A program made the translations under genes and the position numbers. Below are positions 48,354-60,994 of a DNA stretch of 64,000 nt, one piece after another; the stretch's first letter is position 1; every line of letters begins with the position of its first letter. The notes under the pieces were generated by a model, which worked only from the letters and a program-made list of their open reading frames with translations, ran no database searches and was not told the DNA's origin. The stretch lies in assembly GCA_964626665.1 (NCBI GenBank), contig CAZVGK010000001.1:141914-205913 (forward strand), written 5' to 3'. This DNA comes from an uncultured Gemmatimonadota bacterium (GTDB lineage Bacteria; SM23-81; DAOVCL01).

Positions 48354-48449
48354 TTTAAAGCCTCCAAATTAGAGATATACCCTCCCATAGTAACCACCAA
48401 AATTTCTCCTAAACCTCACCCCTTTCCTTTGAGGAAAACAGAAATACTC

Positions 48450-49655
48450 CTATTTTATAACCTCTGCTACGACCCCTGCTCCCACGGTTCTTCCCCCCTC
48501 CCTGATGGCAAACCGTAGCTCCTTCTCCATCGCTATCGGCGTGATTAGCTCCCCCTCTATGGTCACATTATCCCCGGGCATGACCATCTCTACCCCCTCC
48601 GGTAGCTTTACCACCCCAGTCACATCCGTGGTGCGAAAATAAAACTGCGGCCTATACCCACCGAAGAAAGGTGTATGCCTACCCCCTTCCTCCTTCGTCA
48701 ATACATAGACCTCACCCTTAAACTTGGTATGCGGGGTGATCGACCCCGGGGCTGCTATTACCATCCCCCTCTCTAACTCATCCCTGTTTACCCCCCGCAA
48801 CAGCAAACCCACATTGTCCCCAGCCTCTGCCCGATCCAGGATCTTCCGAAACATCTCTACCCCAGTCACTACCGTCTTCTTCGTTTCCCTGATCCCTACC
48901 CTCTCCACCGCATTCCCTACCTTCACCGTCCCCCTCTCTACCCTCCCTGTCCCTACTGTCCCTCGCCCAGTAATGGAAAATACATCCTCCACAGACAGCA
49001 AGAAGGGCTTATCCAAATCCCTCTTCGGCTGAGGTATATACTTGTCCACCGCATCCATTAGCTCATAGATGCTCTTGAAGGCCTCACTCTCCTTCACCTC
49101 AGGGTTGGCTGCTGCCTCCATCGCCCGCAGGGCACTTCCCCTGATCACCGGCACCTCATCCCCCGGGAAGCTATACTCCGTGAGCAACTCCCTGACCTCT
49201 AACTCTACCAAATCCAATAGCTCAGGATCATCTACCTGATCTACCTTGTTCATATAGACTACTATATAGGGCACCCCTACCTGCCTGGCCAAAAGGATGT
49301 GCTCCCTGGTCTGGGGCATCGGCCCATCAGCAGCGGATACCACCAGGATGGCCCCATCCATCTGCGCCGCCCCGGTGATCATATTCTTCACATAATCGGC
49401 ATGCCCCGGACAGTCTATGTGCGCATAATGCCTGGCGGCGGTCTCATACTCCACATGGGCTATCGCTATGGTTAACCCCCGCTCCTTCTCCTCAGGAGCA
49501 TTGTCTATAGAATCAAATGTCCGGGCCTCCGCCAGGCCCTTCCTATGCAAGATCATGGTAATCGCCGCGGTCAAAGTGGTCTTCCCATGATCCACATGCC
49601 CAATAGTCCCTATGTTTATGTGCGGCTTCGTGCGCTCAAACTTCTTCTTCGCCAT
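48450..49655 (-). CDS. tuf: Elongation factor Tu
   Basis: [15 protein letters not shown]...DCPGHADY... Confidence 0.97.
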   Translation of the reverse strand: MAKKKFERTKPHINIGTIGHVDHGKTTLTAAITMILHRKGLAEARTFDSIDNAPEEKERGLTIAIAHVEYETAARHYAHIDCPGHADYVKNMITGAAQMDGAILVVSAADGPMPQTREHILLARQVGVPYIVVYMNKVDQVDDPELLDLVELEVRELLTEYSFPGDEVPVIRGSALRAMEAAANPEVKESEAFKSIYELMDAVDKYIPQPKRDLDKPFLLSVEDVFSITGRGTVGTGRVERGTVKVGNAVERVGIRETKKTVVTGVEMFRKILDRAEAGDNVGLLLRGVNRDELERGMVIAAPGSITPHTKFKGEVYVLTKEEGGRHTPFFGGYRPQFYFRTTDVTGVVKLPEGVEMVMPGDNVTIEGELITPIAMEKELRFAIREGGRTVGAGVVAEVIK

Positions 49656-49671
49656 CTATCTATTCCTCCTT

Positions 49672-51765
49672 TTAAAACCTTCTTCCCCTTAGCCGGGAGA
49701 TGATCTCCTCGGCTATAGGTTTGGGAACCTTGGCATAACGGGAAAAATGCATTGAATGTAATGCCCTCCCCTGGGTAAGTGACCTGAGATCCGTGGCATA
49801 GCCAAACATCTCGGAAAGGGGAAGGCTGGCCTCTATCACTCGATTCTCCCCCCTAGTGGTAATTCCCTCTATCTTTCCCCTCTTGGAATTTAAATTCCCC
49901 ATTACATTGCCCAGATAGCTCTCCGGCACCACTACCTCCAAGGAGACGATGGGCTCTAAGAGAACAGGGGAGGCCCGCAAGGCTGCCTGGCGAAAGGCCA
50001 TAGAGGCCGCTATCCTAAAGGCAAGCTCTGAGGAGTCCACATCATGATAGGAACCTCCAATCAGCTCAACCTCAACATCCTCTACTGGATAGCCGGCTAG
50101 AACCCCGTTGCGCATGGTTTCCTTCAATCCTTTCTCTGTGGCCTTAATGTATTCCTTGGGGATGAAAACCCCCTGGAGGGCAGTCTGAAAGGAAAATCCT
50201 TCCCCAGATTCCCGCGGGGAGAGCCTAATGATGACATGCCCATATTGGCCTCTTCCCCCGGTCTGTCTGATGAACTTCCCTTCCCCTTCCCCCACTTGGA
50301 TAATGGTCTCCCGGTAAGCCACCTGTGGATTTCCCACCCTGGCCCGCACCTTGAACTCCCTGAGCATCCGTTCGGTGATCACCTCCAAATGCAACTCCCC
50401 CATACCCGAAATTATGGTCTGCCCCGTCTCCTTGTTCATCTCAACCGTAAAGGTGGGATCCTCCTCGCTTAACCTTCTGAGGGCCAAATCGAGCTGATCC
50501 TGATCGGCTTTTGTGCGAGGCTCTATGGCCACGGAGATGACCGGCTTGGGAAATTCCATCTTCTCCAGGAGGATGGGGCGCTCCACAGCGGAGAGGGTGT
50601 CTCCGGTAGTGACCTTTTTGAGGCCTACTAAGGCGGCAATCTCTCCGGCGACAAGCTCCTGGCGGTCCTGACTTCGATTTGCATGCATCAGGAGAATCCT
50701 TCCTACCCTCTCTCGTTTACCAGTGGAGACATTGAGAACCACTGAACCGGCTTTTAACCTCCCCGAATATGACCGCACAAAGGCCAACTTCCCCGCCTGG
50801 GTGCCTGCCATTATCTTAAAGACTAAAGCGGAAAAGGGCTCATTTGGGGAGGCCTTCCTTTGCTCTTCCTCTTCCGTGTAGGGGTTTGTCCCGGTTACCG
50901 GCGGCATATCAAGGGGGGAGGGAAGATAATCAACTATACCATCCAAGAGCCTCTGTACCCCTTGATTTCTGAAAGCTGCCCCACAGAGCACGGGAATGAT
51001 CTCCCCCTTTAAAGTGGCCTTCCTCAGAGGAGAGATGATTTCGTTGGCCTTGATTTCCTCCCCCTCTAGGAATTTCTCCAAGAGCCGATCATCGTATTCG
51101 GAGAGGGCTTCCAGCAGGTTTTCCCGTGATTGGACCGCGGCTTCCCTTAGCTCGGGGGGAATGGGAAGATCATCGTAGGTGGCCCCCAAATTCTCCTGGT
51201 GATAAAAGCGGGCGGTCATCGTGACCAAATCCACCATTCCCCGAAAGGAATCTCCCTGGCCTATGGGAATTTGGGTGGGAATCGCATTAGCCCTAAGTCT
51301 TTCCCTGATCATCTCCACTGCCTTTTCGAAGTCTGTCCCCACCCTGTCTAACTTGTTGATAAAGACGATGCGAGGGACCTTGTACTTGTTGGCCTGCCTC
51401 CAAACGGTCTCCGACTGGGGCTCCACTCCGGCCACACCACAGAAGATGATTATTGCTCCATCTAGAATTCTCAGAGAACGTTCTACTTCAACTGTAAAAT
51501 CAACATGCCCAGGCGTGTCGATAATGTTTATCCGATGGCCATTCCAGAAGCAGGTGGTGGCTGCAGAGGTAATAGTAATTCCCCGCTGTTTCTCCTGTTC
51601 CATCCAATCCATAGTGGCCGCCCCATCGTCTACCTCCCCCATCCTGTGCACTTTCCCGGTGTAGTAGAGGATCCTCTCGGTGGTCGTCGTCTTCCCCGCA
51701 TCTATATGGGCCATCAATCCTATATTGCGTGTCTTTTCTAAGGGGTAATTCCTTATCTGCTCCAT
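49672..51765 (-). CDS. fusA: Elongation factor G
   Basis: [26 protein letters not shown]...DTPGHVDF. Confidence 0.97.
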   Translation of the reverse strand: MEQIRNYPLEKTRNIGLMAHIDAGKTTTTERILYYTGKVHRMGEVDDGAATMDWMEQEKQRGITITSAATTCFWNGHRINIIDTPGHVDFTVEVERSLRILDGAIIIFCGVAGVEPQSETVWRQANKYKVPRIVFINKLDRVGTDFEKAVEMIRERLRANAIPTQIPIGQGDSFRGMVDLVTMTARFYHQENLGATYDDLPIPPELREAAVQSRENLLEALSEYDDRLLEKFLEGEEIKANEIISPLRKATLKGEIIPVLCGAAFRNQGVQRLLDGIVDYLPSPLDMPPVTGTNPYTEEEEQRKASPNEPFSALVFKIMAGTQAGKLAFVRSYSGRLKAGSVVLNVSTGKRERVGRILLMHANRSQDRQELVAGEIAALVGLKKVTTGDTLSAVERPILLEKMEFPKPVISVAIEPRTKADQDQLDLALRRLSEEDPTFTVEMNKETGQTIISGMGELHLEVITERMLREFKVRARVGNPQVAYRETIIQVGEGEGKFIRQTGGRGQYGHVIIRLSPRESGEGFSFQTALQGVFIPKEYIKATEKGLKETMRNGVLAGYPVEDVEVELIGGSYHDVDSSELAFRIAASMAFRQAALRASPVLLEPIVSLEVVVPESYLGNVMGNLNSKRGKIEGITTRGENRVIEASLPLSEMFGYATDLRSLTQGRALHSMHFSRYAKVPKPIAEEIISRLRGRRF

Positions 51766-51799
51766 AAATTGCCTCGAAAATCAGGGCGCCCTCCATTCC

Positions 51800-52270
51800 T
51801 TACCACCTGTAATGGGCAAAGGCCCTATTAGCCTCAGCCATTTTGTGAGTAACCTCTTTTTTCTTGATGGCTCCTCCCTCCCCGCGGAAGGCGGCCACCA
51901 ACTCTGCAGCCAACTTCTCAGCCATGCTCTTCCCCGGACGCTCCTGGGCATAGGAGATCAGCCATCTAATGGCCAACGCCGTCCGCCGTTGGGGCCTTAC
52001 TTCGATGGGGACCTGATAGGTGGCCCCACCAACCCGGCGGGACTTTACCTCTAAAACCGGTTTGACATTGTTCAAGGCCTTATTAAAGATGTCCAATCCC
52101 CTTTCCCCCCCCTTCTCCTGAGCCAGATCCAATGCCCGATAGAGTATCCTCTCCGCCAATCCCCGCTTCCCTCCCTCCATCAGACAGTTGATGAACTTGT
52201 TGACCAAAGAGTTGTTGTATTTGGGATCGGGAGCTATCTCCCTCTTGGTTACCTTTCTCCTTCTGGGCAT
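51800..52270 (-). CDS. rpsG: 30S ribosomal protein S7
   Basis: [31 protein letters not shown]. Confidence 0.95.
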   Translation of the reverse strand: MPRRRKVTKREIAPDPKYNNSLVNKFINCLMEGGKRGLAERILYRALDLAQEKGGERGLDIFNKALNNVKPVLEVKSRRVGGATYQVPIEVRPQRRTALAIRWLISYAQERPGKSMAEKLAAELVAAFRGEGGAIKKKEVTHKMAEANRAFAHYRW

Positions 52271-52276
52271 GGCAGT

Positions 52277-52648
52277 TTATTTTCCCCTCTTTGTCCCGTA
52301 TTTAGATCTTCCCTGTTTTCTATCCTCTACCCCACTGGTGTCCAGGGTACCCCGGATAATATGGTACCTGATGCCGGGTAGATCCTTGACCCTTCCTCCC
52401 CTTACCAGGACAATGGAGTGTTCTTGGAGGTTATGCCCTTCACCCGGTATATAAGCGGTTACCTCCACCCCTGAGGTTAGCCTAACCCTGGCTACCTTTC
52501 GTAGGGCGGAGTTTGGCTTTTTGGGGGTAGAGGTATAGACCCTGGTACAAACTCCTCTTCGCTGAGGGGAACCCTTGAGACCAGGCATGACCCCCTTTGT
52601 CCGGCTCCTCGCTCTGCCTTTTCTAATCATTTGGTTGATAGTGGGCAC
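52277..52648 (-). CDS. rpsL: 30S ribosomal protein S12
   Basis: [13 protein letters not shown]...[11 protein letters not shown]. Confidence 0.97.
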   Translation of the reverse strand: MPTINQMIRKGRARSRTKGVMPGLKGSPQRRGVCTRVYTSTPKKPNSALRKVARVRLTSGVEVTAYIPGEGHNLQEHSIVLVRGGRVKDLPGIRYHIIRGTLDTSGVEDRKQGRSKYGTKRGK

Positions 52649-52713
52649 ATCTCCTCCTTAAGAATTTAAAAATGGGGTATAAAAGTTTCAATGTAATAAT
52701 AAAATTTTCGGAG

Positions 52714-55700
52714 TCAAGCTTTTTCTACCAACTCCAAATTATTTTCCTCCCCTTTCTCCCTTCTTTGATTCACCCGGAGCTTTCTGTATCTCTCCAGCCC
52801 GGTCCCTGCAGGGATGAGATGGCCCATAATGACATTCTCCTTAAGGCCTAAAAGCTCGTCCCTTTTCCCCATAATTGCCGCTTTAGAGAGGACCCTGGTC
52901 GTCTCCTGAAAGGAGGCAGCGGAGACGAAGCTATCTGTGCTTAAGGCTGCCTTTGTTATCCCTAAGAGGAGGGGTTGGAAGGTCGCCGGTTCCCCACCTT
53001 CCTTCATTACCCGAGCGTTCTCCTCCTGGAACCTGAACTTGTCCACCTGTTCCCCCTCCAAGAATTCGGTATCCCCTGGATCCTCCACCTTAATCTTACG
53101 GAGCATCTGTCTCACGATGACCTCCACATGCTTGTCATTTATTCTCACCCCTTGCAGCCTGTACACCTCCTGGACCTCATTGACCAGGTATTCTTGCACC
53201 GCCTTTGATCCCTTTATTCTGAGGATATCTCGGGGATCGATGGGGCCCTCGCAGAGCTTCTCACCGGCCTTAACCCGGTCCCCCTCATGCACCCGGAAGT
53301 GTTTCCCTAGGGGGATTAGATACTCCTTCACCTCCTCATTCTCTCCCTCTACCAGCACCTGTCTGGCTCCCCTGATGAGCTTGCCAAACTTTACTCTTCC
53401 ATCAATCTCACTGACCACTGCTGGGTTCTTGGGGTGGCGGGCCTCGAAGAGCTCGGCCACCCGGGGGAGGCCGCCGGTAATGTCCCTGGTCTTGCTGATC
53501 TCCTTGGGGATCTTGACCAGAGGGTCCCCGGCTCCCACCATACCCTCATCGTTGACCATCAGATGGGACCCCGTGGGAACAGAATAGCTGGCTATGCTCT
53601 TTCCGCTCTTGTCTAAGATGGCGATATAGGGGTGTAACAGCTTTTCCCTGTCCTCGACCACCACCTTTTGGCGGAGGCCAGTGGTCTCATCCAGCTCTTC
53701 CTTGACGGTAATGCCCCGCACCAGGTCGGAGAAGGAGACCTTTCCTCCCTTTTCGACGAGGATAGAGATAGAATATGGATCCCATTCAAAGAGGGTGTCT
53801 CCCCTCTTTACCCTTTCTCCATCCTTAACCCGTAAGATGGCTCCATAGGGGAGGGAATATTTGCCCCTTTCCCTGCCCTCCTCGTCCAGGAGATATATCT
53901 CCCCCTGACGGTTAAGGACGACCAGTCCCCCTTCCCTCTCCACTAAGTCAAGGTTTTTAAATCTAATTTGGGCGTCCAGTTTGGCCGACATCTTGGACTG
54001 GGCCGCTATTCTCCCGGCAGTTCCCCCTATATGAAATGTTCTCAAGGTGAGCTGGGTTCCAGGCTCGCCAATGCTCTGGGCAGCCATTACCCCCACTGCT
54101 TCGCCCAATTCCGCCATTCTCCCCGTGGCTAAGTTGCGACCGTAACATTTGGCACACACCCCCTTGTGGGCCTCACAGGTGAGGACCGACCTGATCATCA
54201 GCGATTCTATGCCGTTCTCCTCGATGATGGTTGCCTTTTCCTCGTCGATTTCCTCTCCAGCCTTTACTAAGAGCTCGTCGGTCAGTGGACTGTAGACATC
54301 CTCCAGGGCTACTCTCCCCAATATCCTATCCTTTAAGGATTCGATTACCTCCTCCGCCTCCTTCAGGGCGGAGATCTCTAAGCCCAAGATGGTGCCACAG
54401 TCCTCCTCGGTGATGATTACATCCTGGGCCACATCGACCAGCCTTCTGGTGAGATAGCCGGCATCAGCGGTTTTCAGGGCCGTATCTGCCAATCCCTTCC
54501 GGGCGCCATGGGTGGAGACGAAGAACTCCAATACAGAGAGCCCCTCCTTGAAGTTTGAGGTTATAGGTGACTCGATTATCTCCCCCACGCCACCGGTGAT
54601 CTTCCTCTGGGGTTTGGTCATCAGACCCCTCATTCCGGAGAGCTGCCTAATCTGATCCTGGCTGCCCCGGGCCCCGGATTCGGCCATCATAAAGATGGGG
54701 TTAAAGCCACCTTGGTCCTTTTCCATCTCCTTGAGCATGACCGCGGCCACCTCATTGGTGGTGCGCGTCCAGATATCGATGACCTTGTTATACCTTTCCC
54801 CATCCGTAATTATCCCCTTTTCATACTGCTTTTGGATTTGCTCCACCTTCTGGAAGGCCTGAGCAACCAACTCCTTCTTCTGGGGGGGAATGACGAAGTC
54901 ATCGATCCCCACGGTGAGACCGCTGCGGGTGGCGTAATCGAAGCCCATCTGTTTCACTTTGTCCAGGAAACCAGTAGTTTTCTTGTTTCCCAATAACCTA
55001 TGGATCTGATAGACGATCTCCTCCATCTCCTTTTTATTCAAACACTTGTTAATATAACCCAACTCGGGGGGAACTATCTCATTGAAGATCACCCTTCCAG
55101 GGGTGGTCTCTATTATTTGAGAATCTATCCTTAGCTTGATCTTTGTGTGTAACCCTAACTGGCCGGCATCGAGGGCCACCAAAGCCTCGTCCGGATTGGA
55201 GAAGGCTCTTGGCTTCACCTGCTCATTAGGACTCTCTTTGGTCAGGTAGTGCAGGCCTAAAACCATATCCTGGCTAGGGATGGCCAGGGGCCTTCCATTG
55301 GCGGGGGAAAGGATGTTGTTTACCGAATTCATCAGCACAGCCGCCTCCAATTGGGCCTCAAAGCTCAGGGGTACATGGACGGCCATTTGATCCCCATCGA
55401 AATCGGCATTAAATGCTGCGCAGACCAAGGGGTGGAGCTTGATGGCCTTCCCCTCCACCAGCACGGGTTGAAACCCTTGAATGCCCAAGCGATGTAAGGT
55501 GGGAGCCCGATTTAGCAGGATGGGGTGATTCTCGATGATCTCCTCTAATGTATCCCAAACCTGGGGATGTTCCCTCTCCACCAGCCTCTTGGCGCTCTTA
55601 ATGGTTTGGACCAGTCCCTTCTCCTCTAATTTGCTGATGATGAATGGTTTAAACAGCTCTAAGGCCATCGTTTTGGGTAATCCGCACTGGTGGAGCTTTA

Positions 55701-56769
55701 GTTTAGGGCCGATGACGATCACCGAACGACCGGAGTAGTCAACCCTTTTGCCCAACAGGTTTTGGCGGAACCTCCCCCTCTTTCCCTTTAAAAGATCGGA
55801 GAGGGAACGCAAAGGCCTCTTAGATCTTCCCCTTACTGATGATGCCCGCCTGCCGTTATCTAAGAGGGCATCCACCGCTTCCTGTAACATCCTCTTCTCA
55901 TTCTTCAGGATCACCGAAGGGGCCCTCATCTCGATCAATTTCTTTAGCCGGTTATTCCTGTTGATCACCCGGCGATAAAGATCGTTGAGGTCGCTGGTGG
56001 CAAACCTTCCTCCCTCCAAGGGGACAAGGGGCCTCAAGTCAGGCGGAATGACCGGAAGGACCTCCAGCATCATCCATTCAGGCCGATTAACCGATTGCCT
56101 GAAGGCCTCCACAACCCGTAATCTTTTTAGAAGGGATTTCTTCTGCTGTTCAGAGGTCTCTACCTTTAGCTTGGCCCGTAGCTCCGCAGAGAGCTCCACC
56201 ACATCAATTTTGCTTAAGAGGTCCTTTATAGCTTCCCCTCCCATCTTGGCTACACACTCTTTCCCCTCCTCCTGCAACTCCACCCATTCTGCCTCTGAAA
56301 GGAGCTCCTTTGGCTTGGCACCACTGTCTCCTGGCTCAATGACTACATAGGACTCGTAATAAAGCACCCTCTCCAATTCCCTAATGGACATATCCAGGAG
56401 ATGGCCTATATAACTGGGCACGGACTTGAAATACCAGATATGGGAAACGGGCACGGCCAGCTCTATATGCCCCATCCTCTCCCTTCTCACCTTGGAGAGG
56501 GTTACCTCCACTCCGCAGCGATCGCAGATTACCCCCTTGTATCTGGCCCGCTTATATTTGCCACAATGGCACTCAAAATCCTTCACCGGGCCGAATATCC
56601 GCTCGCAGAAGAGACCATCCCTCTCCGGCTTGAAGGTGCGATAGTTTATCGTCTCCGGACTGGTTACCTCCCCATAGGACCAGCTTCTTATCGTCTCCGG
56701 GGAGGCCAAGCCTATCCTGATGGCCGAAAAGTCCGTGGGTTTCTTGGGCTCTGGCTGGGCAAATTCCAC
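52714..56769 (-). CDS. rpoC: DNA-directed RNA polymerase beta' subunit
   Basis: Zinc-binding CHCGKYKR...CDRCGV; catalytic NADFDGD. Confidence 0.97.
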   Translation of the reverse strand: MEFAQPEPKKPTDFSAIRIGLASPETIRSWSYGEVTSPETINYRTFKPERDGLFCERIFGPVKDFECHCGKYKRARYKGVICDRCGVEVTLSKVRRERMGHIELAVPVSHIWYFKSVPSYIGHLLDMSIRELERVLYYESYVVIEPGDSGAKPKELLSEAEWVELQEEGKECVAKMGGEAIKDLLSKIDVVELSAELRAKLKVETSEQQKKSLLKRLRVVEAFRQSVNRPEWMMLEVLPVIPPDLRPLVPLEGGRFATSDLNDLYRRVINRNNRLKKLIEMRAPSVILKNEKRMLQEAVDALLDNGRRASSVRGRSKRPLRSLSDLLKGKRGRFRQNLLGKRVDYSGRSVIVIGPKLKLHQCGLPKTMALELFKPFIISKLEEKGLVQTIKSAKRLVEREHPQVWDTLEEIIENHPILLNRAPTLHRLGIQGFQPVLVEGKAIKLHPLVCAAFNADFDGDQMAVHVPLSFEAQLEAAVLMNSVNNILSPANGRPLAIPSQDMVLGLHYLTKESPNEQVKPRAFSNPDEALVALDAGQLGLHTKIKLRIDSQIIETTPGRVIFNEIVPPELGYINKCLNKKEMEEIVYQIHRLLGNKKTTGFLDKVKQMGFDYATRSGLTVGIDDFVIPPQKKELVAQAFQKVEQIQKQYEKGIITDGERYNKVIDIWTRTTNEVAAVMLKEMEKDQGGFNPIFMMAESGARGSQDQIRQLSGMRGLMTKPQRKITGGVGEIIESPITSNFKEGLSVLEFFVSTHGARKGLADTALKTADAGYLTRRLVDVAQDVIITEEDCGTILGLEISALKEAEEVIESLKDRILGRVALEDVYSPLTDELLVKAGEEIDEEKATIIEENGIESLMIRSVLTCEAHKGVCAKCYGRNLATGRMAELGEAVGVMAAQSIGEPGTQLTLRTFHIGGTAGRIAAQSKMSAKLDAQIRFKNLDLVEREGGLVVLNRQGEIYLLDEEGRERGKYSLPYGAILRVKDGERVKRGDTLFEWDPYSISILVEKGGKVSFSDLVRGITVKEELDETTGLRQKVVVEDREKLLHPYIAILDKSGKSIASYSVPTGSHLMVNDEGMVGAGDPLVKIPKEISKTRDITGGLPRVAELFEARHPKNPAVVSEIDGRVKFGKLIRGARQVLVEGENEEVKEYLIPLGKHFRVHEGDRVKAGEKLCEGPIDPRDILRIKGSKAVQEYLVNEVQEVYRLQGVRINDKHVEVIVRQMLRKIKVEDPGDTEFLEGEQVDKFRFQEENARVMKEGGEPATFQPLLLGITKAALSTDSFVSAASFQETTRVLSKAAIMGKRDELLGLKENVIMGHLIPAGTGLERYRKLRVNQRREKGEENNLELVEKA

Positions 56770-56781
56770 TAAGCTCGCCTC

Positions 56782-59700
56782 CTAATTTTCCTCCTCTAAC
56801 TTGACATCCAAGCAGAGGCTCTGAAGTTCTTTGACCAATACATTAAAGGACTCCGGTATCCCTGGCTCAGAGGCATTTTCCCCCTTGACAATGGCCTCGT
56901 AGATCCGGGAACGGCCGGTAACATCGTCTGATTTGATGGTGAGCATCTCCTGCAGGCTGTAAGCCGCCCCATAGGCCTCCAAGGCCCAAACCTCCATCTC
57001 CCCAAACCTCTGACCACCAAACTGTGCCTTTCCCCCTAAGGGTTGTTGGGTAACCAGGGAGTAGGGACCTATGGAGCGTGCATGGATCTTGTCATCAACT
57101 AGGTGCCAAAGCTTCATCATATACATATAACCCACTGTAATCTTAGAGGAGAAGGACTCACCGGTGAGGCCGTTGTAGAGGGTCGTCTTTCCATCTGAGG
57201 GAAGACCTGCCTCCTTTAAGGCATCCTTTACCTCTTCTATCTCTGCCCCAGCGAAGACCGGGTTTTCTACCCAAAAGCCCTGTTTCCCGGCAGCCCACCC
57301 CAGGTGGGTTTCCATAACCTGACCCACATTCATCCGGGAGGGAACCCCTAAGGGATTGAGCACCATATCCACTGGGGTTCCATCCGCCAGATAAGGCATA
57401 TCCTCCACAGGGAGGATCTTGGCCACCACCCCCTTATTCCCATGCCGGCCAGCCATCTTGTCTCCCATGGAGAGCCTCCTTTTGGTGGCCACCCAAACCT
57501 TTACCAGCTTGAGCACACCGGGGGGGAGCTCATCCCCCCGGAGTATCTTCTCGAGCTCCGTCTCCAGCCTGTTCCGGTTAAATTCGATAAAGCGAGCACC
57601 AGTGCGCAGGATGTCTCCTGCCTTTCTGTTTCTCTCCTGGTTGCTGGTCAAGGGGAGATCAAAGGGGATGAGGTCGAAGCAGACCCTCTCCAAGTCCTTG
57701 TTCTTGTATCTTGTCCCCTTTTTGATCACCGCCTGGCCATCCTTCCCCGGAAAGTCACTCACGGCGACCCCTCCAGAAAGGAGAGGTATTAACCTTTCAT
57801 CCCTTCTTCTTTTTATATCGGATATGAGCCAATCAAACCTTGACTTAACCTCCTTGCTCTCCTTTTCCTCCTTACTCCTGGCCTCCGGAGTGTGTTCTTT
57901 GCGGGAGAAGACCTTTGTGGCGGTGACTATCCCTTTCATTCCCGGGGGAGTCTTAAGGGAGGCATCCCGCACATCGCCCGCCTTCTCCCCAAATATGGCC
58001 CGCAGTAGCCTTTCCTCCGGGGAAATCTCCGTCTCGCCTTTGGGGGTTATCTTTCCCACCAGGATGTCCCCGGCATCCACCTCTGATCCCACAACTATTA
58101 TCCCTTCCGTGTCGAGGTTTCGCAAGGCATCCTCACCCACATTGGGTATCTCCCTGGTCAGCTCCTCTGGGCCTCTCTTGGTATCCCTCACCTGGAGCTC
58201 AAACTCCTGGATATGTACCGAGGTGTAGGTGTCCTTCCCCAATAGCCTCTCACTCACCACCACCGCATCCTCATAGTTGTATCCCTCCCAGGGCAGAAAG
58301 GCCACCAAAACATTGGATCCCAGGGCAAGTTCCCCCCGGTCGGTGGCCATCCCATCGGCGATGACCTCCCCCTTTTCCACCCACTCCCCCTTTTGCACCA
58401 ATGGCCTCTGATTTATGCAGGTATCTTGATTTGATCTATTGAATTTTCTTAGCTTATATTCGGTTATCCCAAAGAGACCCGCTTCCCCCAGCAGATCTCC
58501 CTCCGGCCGGATTACTATTCTATCCGCACTTACGGACTCCACCCAACCGCTTTCCTTAGCCACAATTGCCCTTCCGCTGTCGCGAGCAACTTTTCCCTCC
58601 ACTCCCGTTCCTACCAGCGGAGCCTGTGGAAAGAGCAAAGGAACCGCCTGCCTCTGCATATTGGAGCCCATTAGGGCTCGGTTGGCATCGTCGTGTTCTA
58701 AGAAGGGGATGAGGGAGGCGGAGACGCTCACTAGTTGGGCCGGGGAGACATCCATATAGTCTATCTCCTCCGGGCTGACCAGGGAAAATTCCCCCTTCTT
58801 CCTGGCCTTGATTTTGGAAGTAAGGAACTCCCTCTGGGGTGATAATTTGGCATTTGCCTGAGCTATGGTATACCTGTCCTCCTCCTCGGCGCTGAGGTAT
58901 TCTACCTTATCGGTCACCCTCCCCTTCTCCACCTTCCAGTAAGGGGTAACCAGGAAGCCATATTCGTCCACCTGAGCATAGGTGGTCAAGGAGGTGATCA
59001 GTCCGATGTTTGGACCCTCTGGGGTCTCAATTGGACAGATGCGGCCATAATGGGTGCGGTGCACATCCCGTACCTCGAACCCCGCCCTTTCCCGGGATAG
59101 TCCACCAGGCCCCAAGGCGCTCAACCGGCGCTTGTTGGTTAATTCGGCCAAGGGGTTGGTCTGATCCAGGAACTGGGAGAGCTGAGAGGTGCCGAAGAAG
59201 GCCTCCACAACTGAGGAAACCGTCTTGGCATTTACCAGGTCTCGGGGGGTAATCGCCTCCGCCTCCCGCCGGCTCATCCTCTCCCTAATTGCCCTAGCCA
59301 TTCTGGTGAGTCCGATGCTAAAGGTGTTGGCTAGCTGTTCACCCACCCCTTTCAGCCTGCGGTTCCCTAAATGGTCTATATCGTCAAAGTGGCCATTGCC
59401 CAACTTCGCTTCCATCAGTGCTCTGACCATACAGACCACGTCATCTGGATGGAGCCCGATGTGATCCAAAGGAAGGTCTAATCCCAGCCTATTATTCATC
59501 CTGTATCTGCCCACCAACCCCAAGTTAAACCTCTGGGGGCTAAAACAGAGCCTCTCTAAAAAGGATTTTGCCGTCTCTATATTCGGCGCCTCCCCTCCCC
59601 GCATAAAGCTATAAATGTAGTAAAGGGCCTCTTCGGTGGACTTCGTCTGATCCCTCTTCATGGTGTTTCTGATGGGATCTGCTTCCCTCTTCTCTCGCAG

Positions 59701-60546
59701 CGATAAGACCTCCACTTCACCTATCCCCGCATCCGGCAATCTCGCCCCATCCTCCTCCTTAATCCTTTGGCCAGTCTCTAAGAGGATTTCCCCCGTATCC
59801 TGGTTGATCACATCCTGCGCGCAGATCTTTCCGAGGAGCGCATCCTTCTTGGCCAACTTTAGCTTCTTGGTTGAGTAGAAGAGCTTGAATATCTCCTCAT
59901 CCCTGGAATAACCAATGGCCCGGAGAAATGTGGTTACAGGTATCTTCCTTCTGTGGTTGATGTAGACATAAAGGGTGTCATTTATGTCCAAGAGAAACTC
60001 CATCCAGGACCCCTGATAGGGGATGATGCGGGAGGAGAACATCCTCTTGCCATTTGGGTGAACAATGGACTCGAAGAATGGGCCCGGTGAGCGGTGCAGT
60101 TGGCTAACCACGACCCTCTCTGCCCCGTTGACGATGAATGTTCCCTTTTCGGTCATCAAAGGGAGCTCCCCTAAATAGACCTCCTGTTCGATTACCTCCC
60201 TTACTGGCCTTTCCTTTGTGGTTGGATCCTTTACCAGGAGCCGCAGCACCGCCTTAAGGGGAGCACCATAGGTCACATTCCTTTCCTTACACTCATCCAC
60301 CGTATGTTTCGGTTCTCCTGTCCCATATCTGACAAACTCCAGGCTGTAGATATGGTGGATGTCTTGGATGGGAAAGATATTGCGGAAGACTCCTTCCAAT
60401 CCCTTCTTCTCCCTCTTTCCCGGGGGGAGATTGGCCTGGAGGAAGGATTCGAAGGAGGCAAGCTGAAGCTGCAAAAAATGGAGCATCGGAGCTGCACCCG
60501 GCAGTTTGTTGTAGCTACGGCGATTAATCCTTTCTTTCCTGGGCAC
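56782..60546 (-). CDS. rpoB: DNA-directed RNA polymerase beta subunit
   Basis: 1254 aa; conserved beta-subunit blocks; position between rplL and rpoC. Confidence 0.97.
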   Translation of the reverse strand: MPRKERINRRSYNKLPGAAPMLHFLQLQLASFESFLQANLPPGKREKKGLEGVFRNIFPIQDIHHIYSLEFVRYGTGEPKHTVDECKERNVTYGAPLKAVLRLLVKDPTTKERPVREVIEQEVYLGELPLMTEKGTFIVNGAERVVVSQLHRSPGPFFESIVHPNGKRMFSSRIIPYQGSWMEFLLDINDTLYVYINHRRKIPVTTFLRAIGYSRDEEIFKLFYSTKKLKLAKKDALLGKICAQDVINQDTGEILLETGQRIKEEDGARLPDAGIGEVEVLSLREKREADPIRNTMKRDQTKSTEEALYYIYSFMRGGEAPNIETAKSFLERLCFSPQRFNLGLVGRYRMNNRLGLDLPLDHIGLHPDDVVCMVRALMEAKLGNGHFDDIDHLGNRRLKGVGEQLANTFSIGLTRMARAIRERMSRREAEAITPRDLVNAKTVSSVVEAFFGTSQLSQFLDQTNPLAELTNKRRLSALGPGGLSRERAGFEVRDVHRTHYGRICPIETPEGPNIGLITSLTTYAQVDEYGFLVTPYWKVEKGRVTDKVEYLSAEEEDRYTIAQANAKLSPQREFLTSKIKARKKGEFSLVSPEEIDYMDVSPAQLVSVSASLIPFLEHDDANRALMGSNMQRQAVPLLFPQAPLVGTGVEGKVARDSGRAIVAKESGWVESVSADRIVIRPEGDLLGEAGLFGITEYKLRKFNRSNQDTCINQRPLVQKGEWVEKGEVIADGMATDRGELALGSNVLVAFLPWEGYNYEDAVVVSERLLGKDTYTSVHIQEFELQVRDTKRGPEELTREIPNVGEDALRNLDTEGIIVVGSEVDAGDILVGKITPKGETEISPEERLLRAIFGEKAGDVRDASLKTPPGMKGIVTATKVFSRKEHTPEARSKEEKESKEVKSRFDWLISDIKRRRDERLIPLLSGGVAVSDFPGKDGQAVIKKGTRYKNKDLERVCFDLIPFDLPLTSNQERNRKAGDILRTGARFIEFNRNRLETELEKILRGDELPPGVLKLVKVWVATKRRLSMGDKMAGRHGNKGVVAKILPVEDMPYLADGTPVDMVLNPLGVPSRMNVGQVMETHLGWAAGKQGFWVENPVFAGAEIEEVKDALKEAGLPSDGKTTLYNGLTGESFSSKITVGYMYMMKLWHLVDDKIHARSIGPYSLVTQQPLGGKAQFGGQRFGEMEVWALEAYGAAYSLQEMLTIKSDDVTGRSRIYEAIVKGENASEPGIPESFNVLVKELQSLCLDVKLEEEN

Positions 60547-60562
60547 TTACTGGGACCTCCTT

Positions 60563-60994
60563 TTACTTAAGCTCTACTGAGGCTCCCACCTCCTCAAGCT
60601 TCGCCTTTAGTTCCTTGGCCTCCTCCTTGGTAACCCCCTCCTTGACCGGTTTGGGGGCCTTGTCCACCAGTTCCTTGGCCTCTTTAAGCCCCAGCCCAGT
60701 AGAGGCGCGCACCACCTTTATTACCTGGATTTTCTTATCGCCAATGGAGGAGAGCACCACATCGAATTCTGTTTTCTCCTCGGGGGCCTCCTCCGCGGCT
60801 AGGCCTTGGGCTGGGCCTGCAGCCTGCGCCACCGGAGGAGCGGCAGTAACCCCAAATTTCTCCTGGAGCTTATCCACCAGGTCAGATAGCTCCAATACAG
60901 TCAGCTTCTCAATTGCTTCTAAAACCGCCCCGATCGGGTCCTTCTTCTTGGACGACTTCTTTACCGGAGCCTTTTTGGCAACAGCTTCAGCCAT
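60563..60994 (-). CDS. rplL: 50S ribosomal protein L7/L12 with a Lys-rich N-terminal extension
   Basis: C-terminal domain [56 protein letters not shown]; AGGAGGG RBS before the ATG at 60994. Confidence 0.9.
   Translation of the reverse strand: MAEAVAKKAPVKKSSKKKDPIGAVLEAIEKLTVLELSDLVDKLQEKFGVTAAPPVAQAAGPAQGLAAEEAPEEKTEFDVVLSSIGDKKIQVIKVVRASTGLGLKEAKELVDKAPKPVKEGVTKEEAKELKAKLEEVGASVELK

Noticed and set aside
52937-60570. Long + strand ORFs inside rpoC and rpoB (for example 52937-53587, 57419-58228, 55985-56350)
   Set aside because: Antisense to rpoB/rpoC with Ser/Pro/Leu-rich low-complexity translations; frame artefacts.
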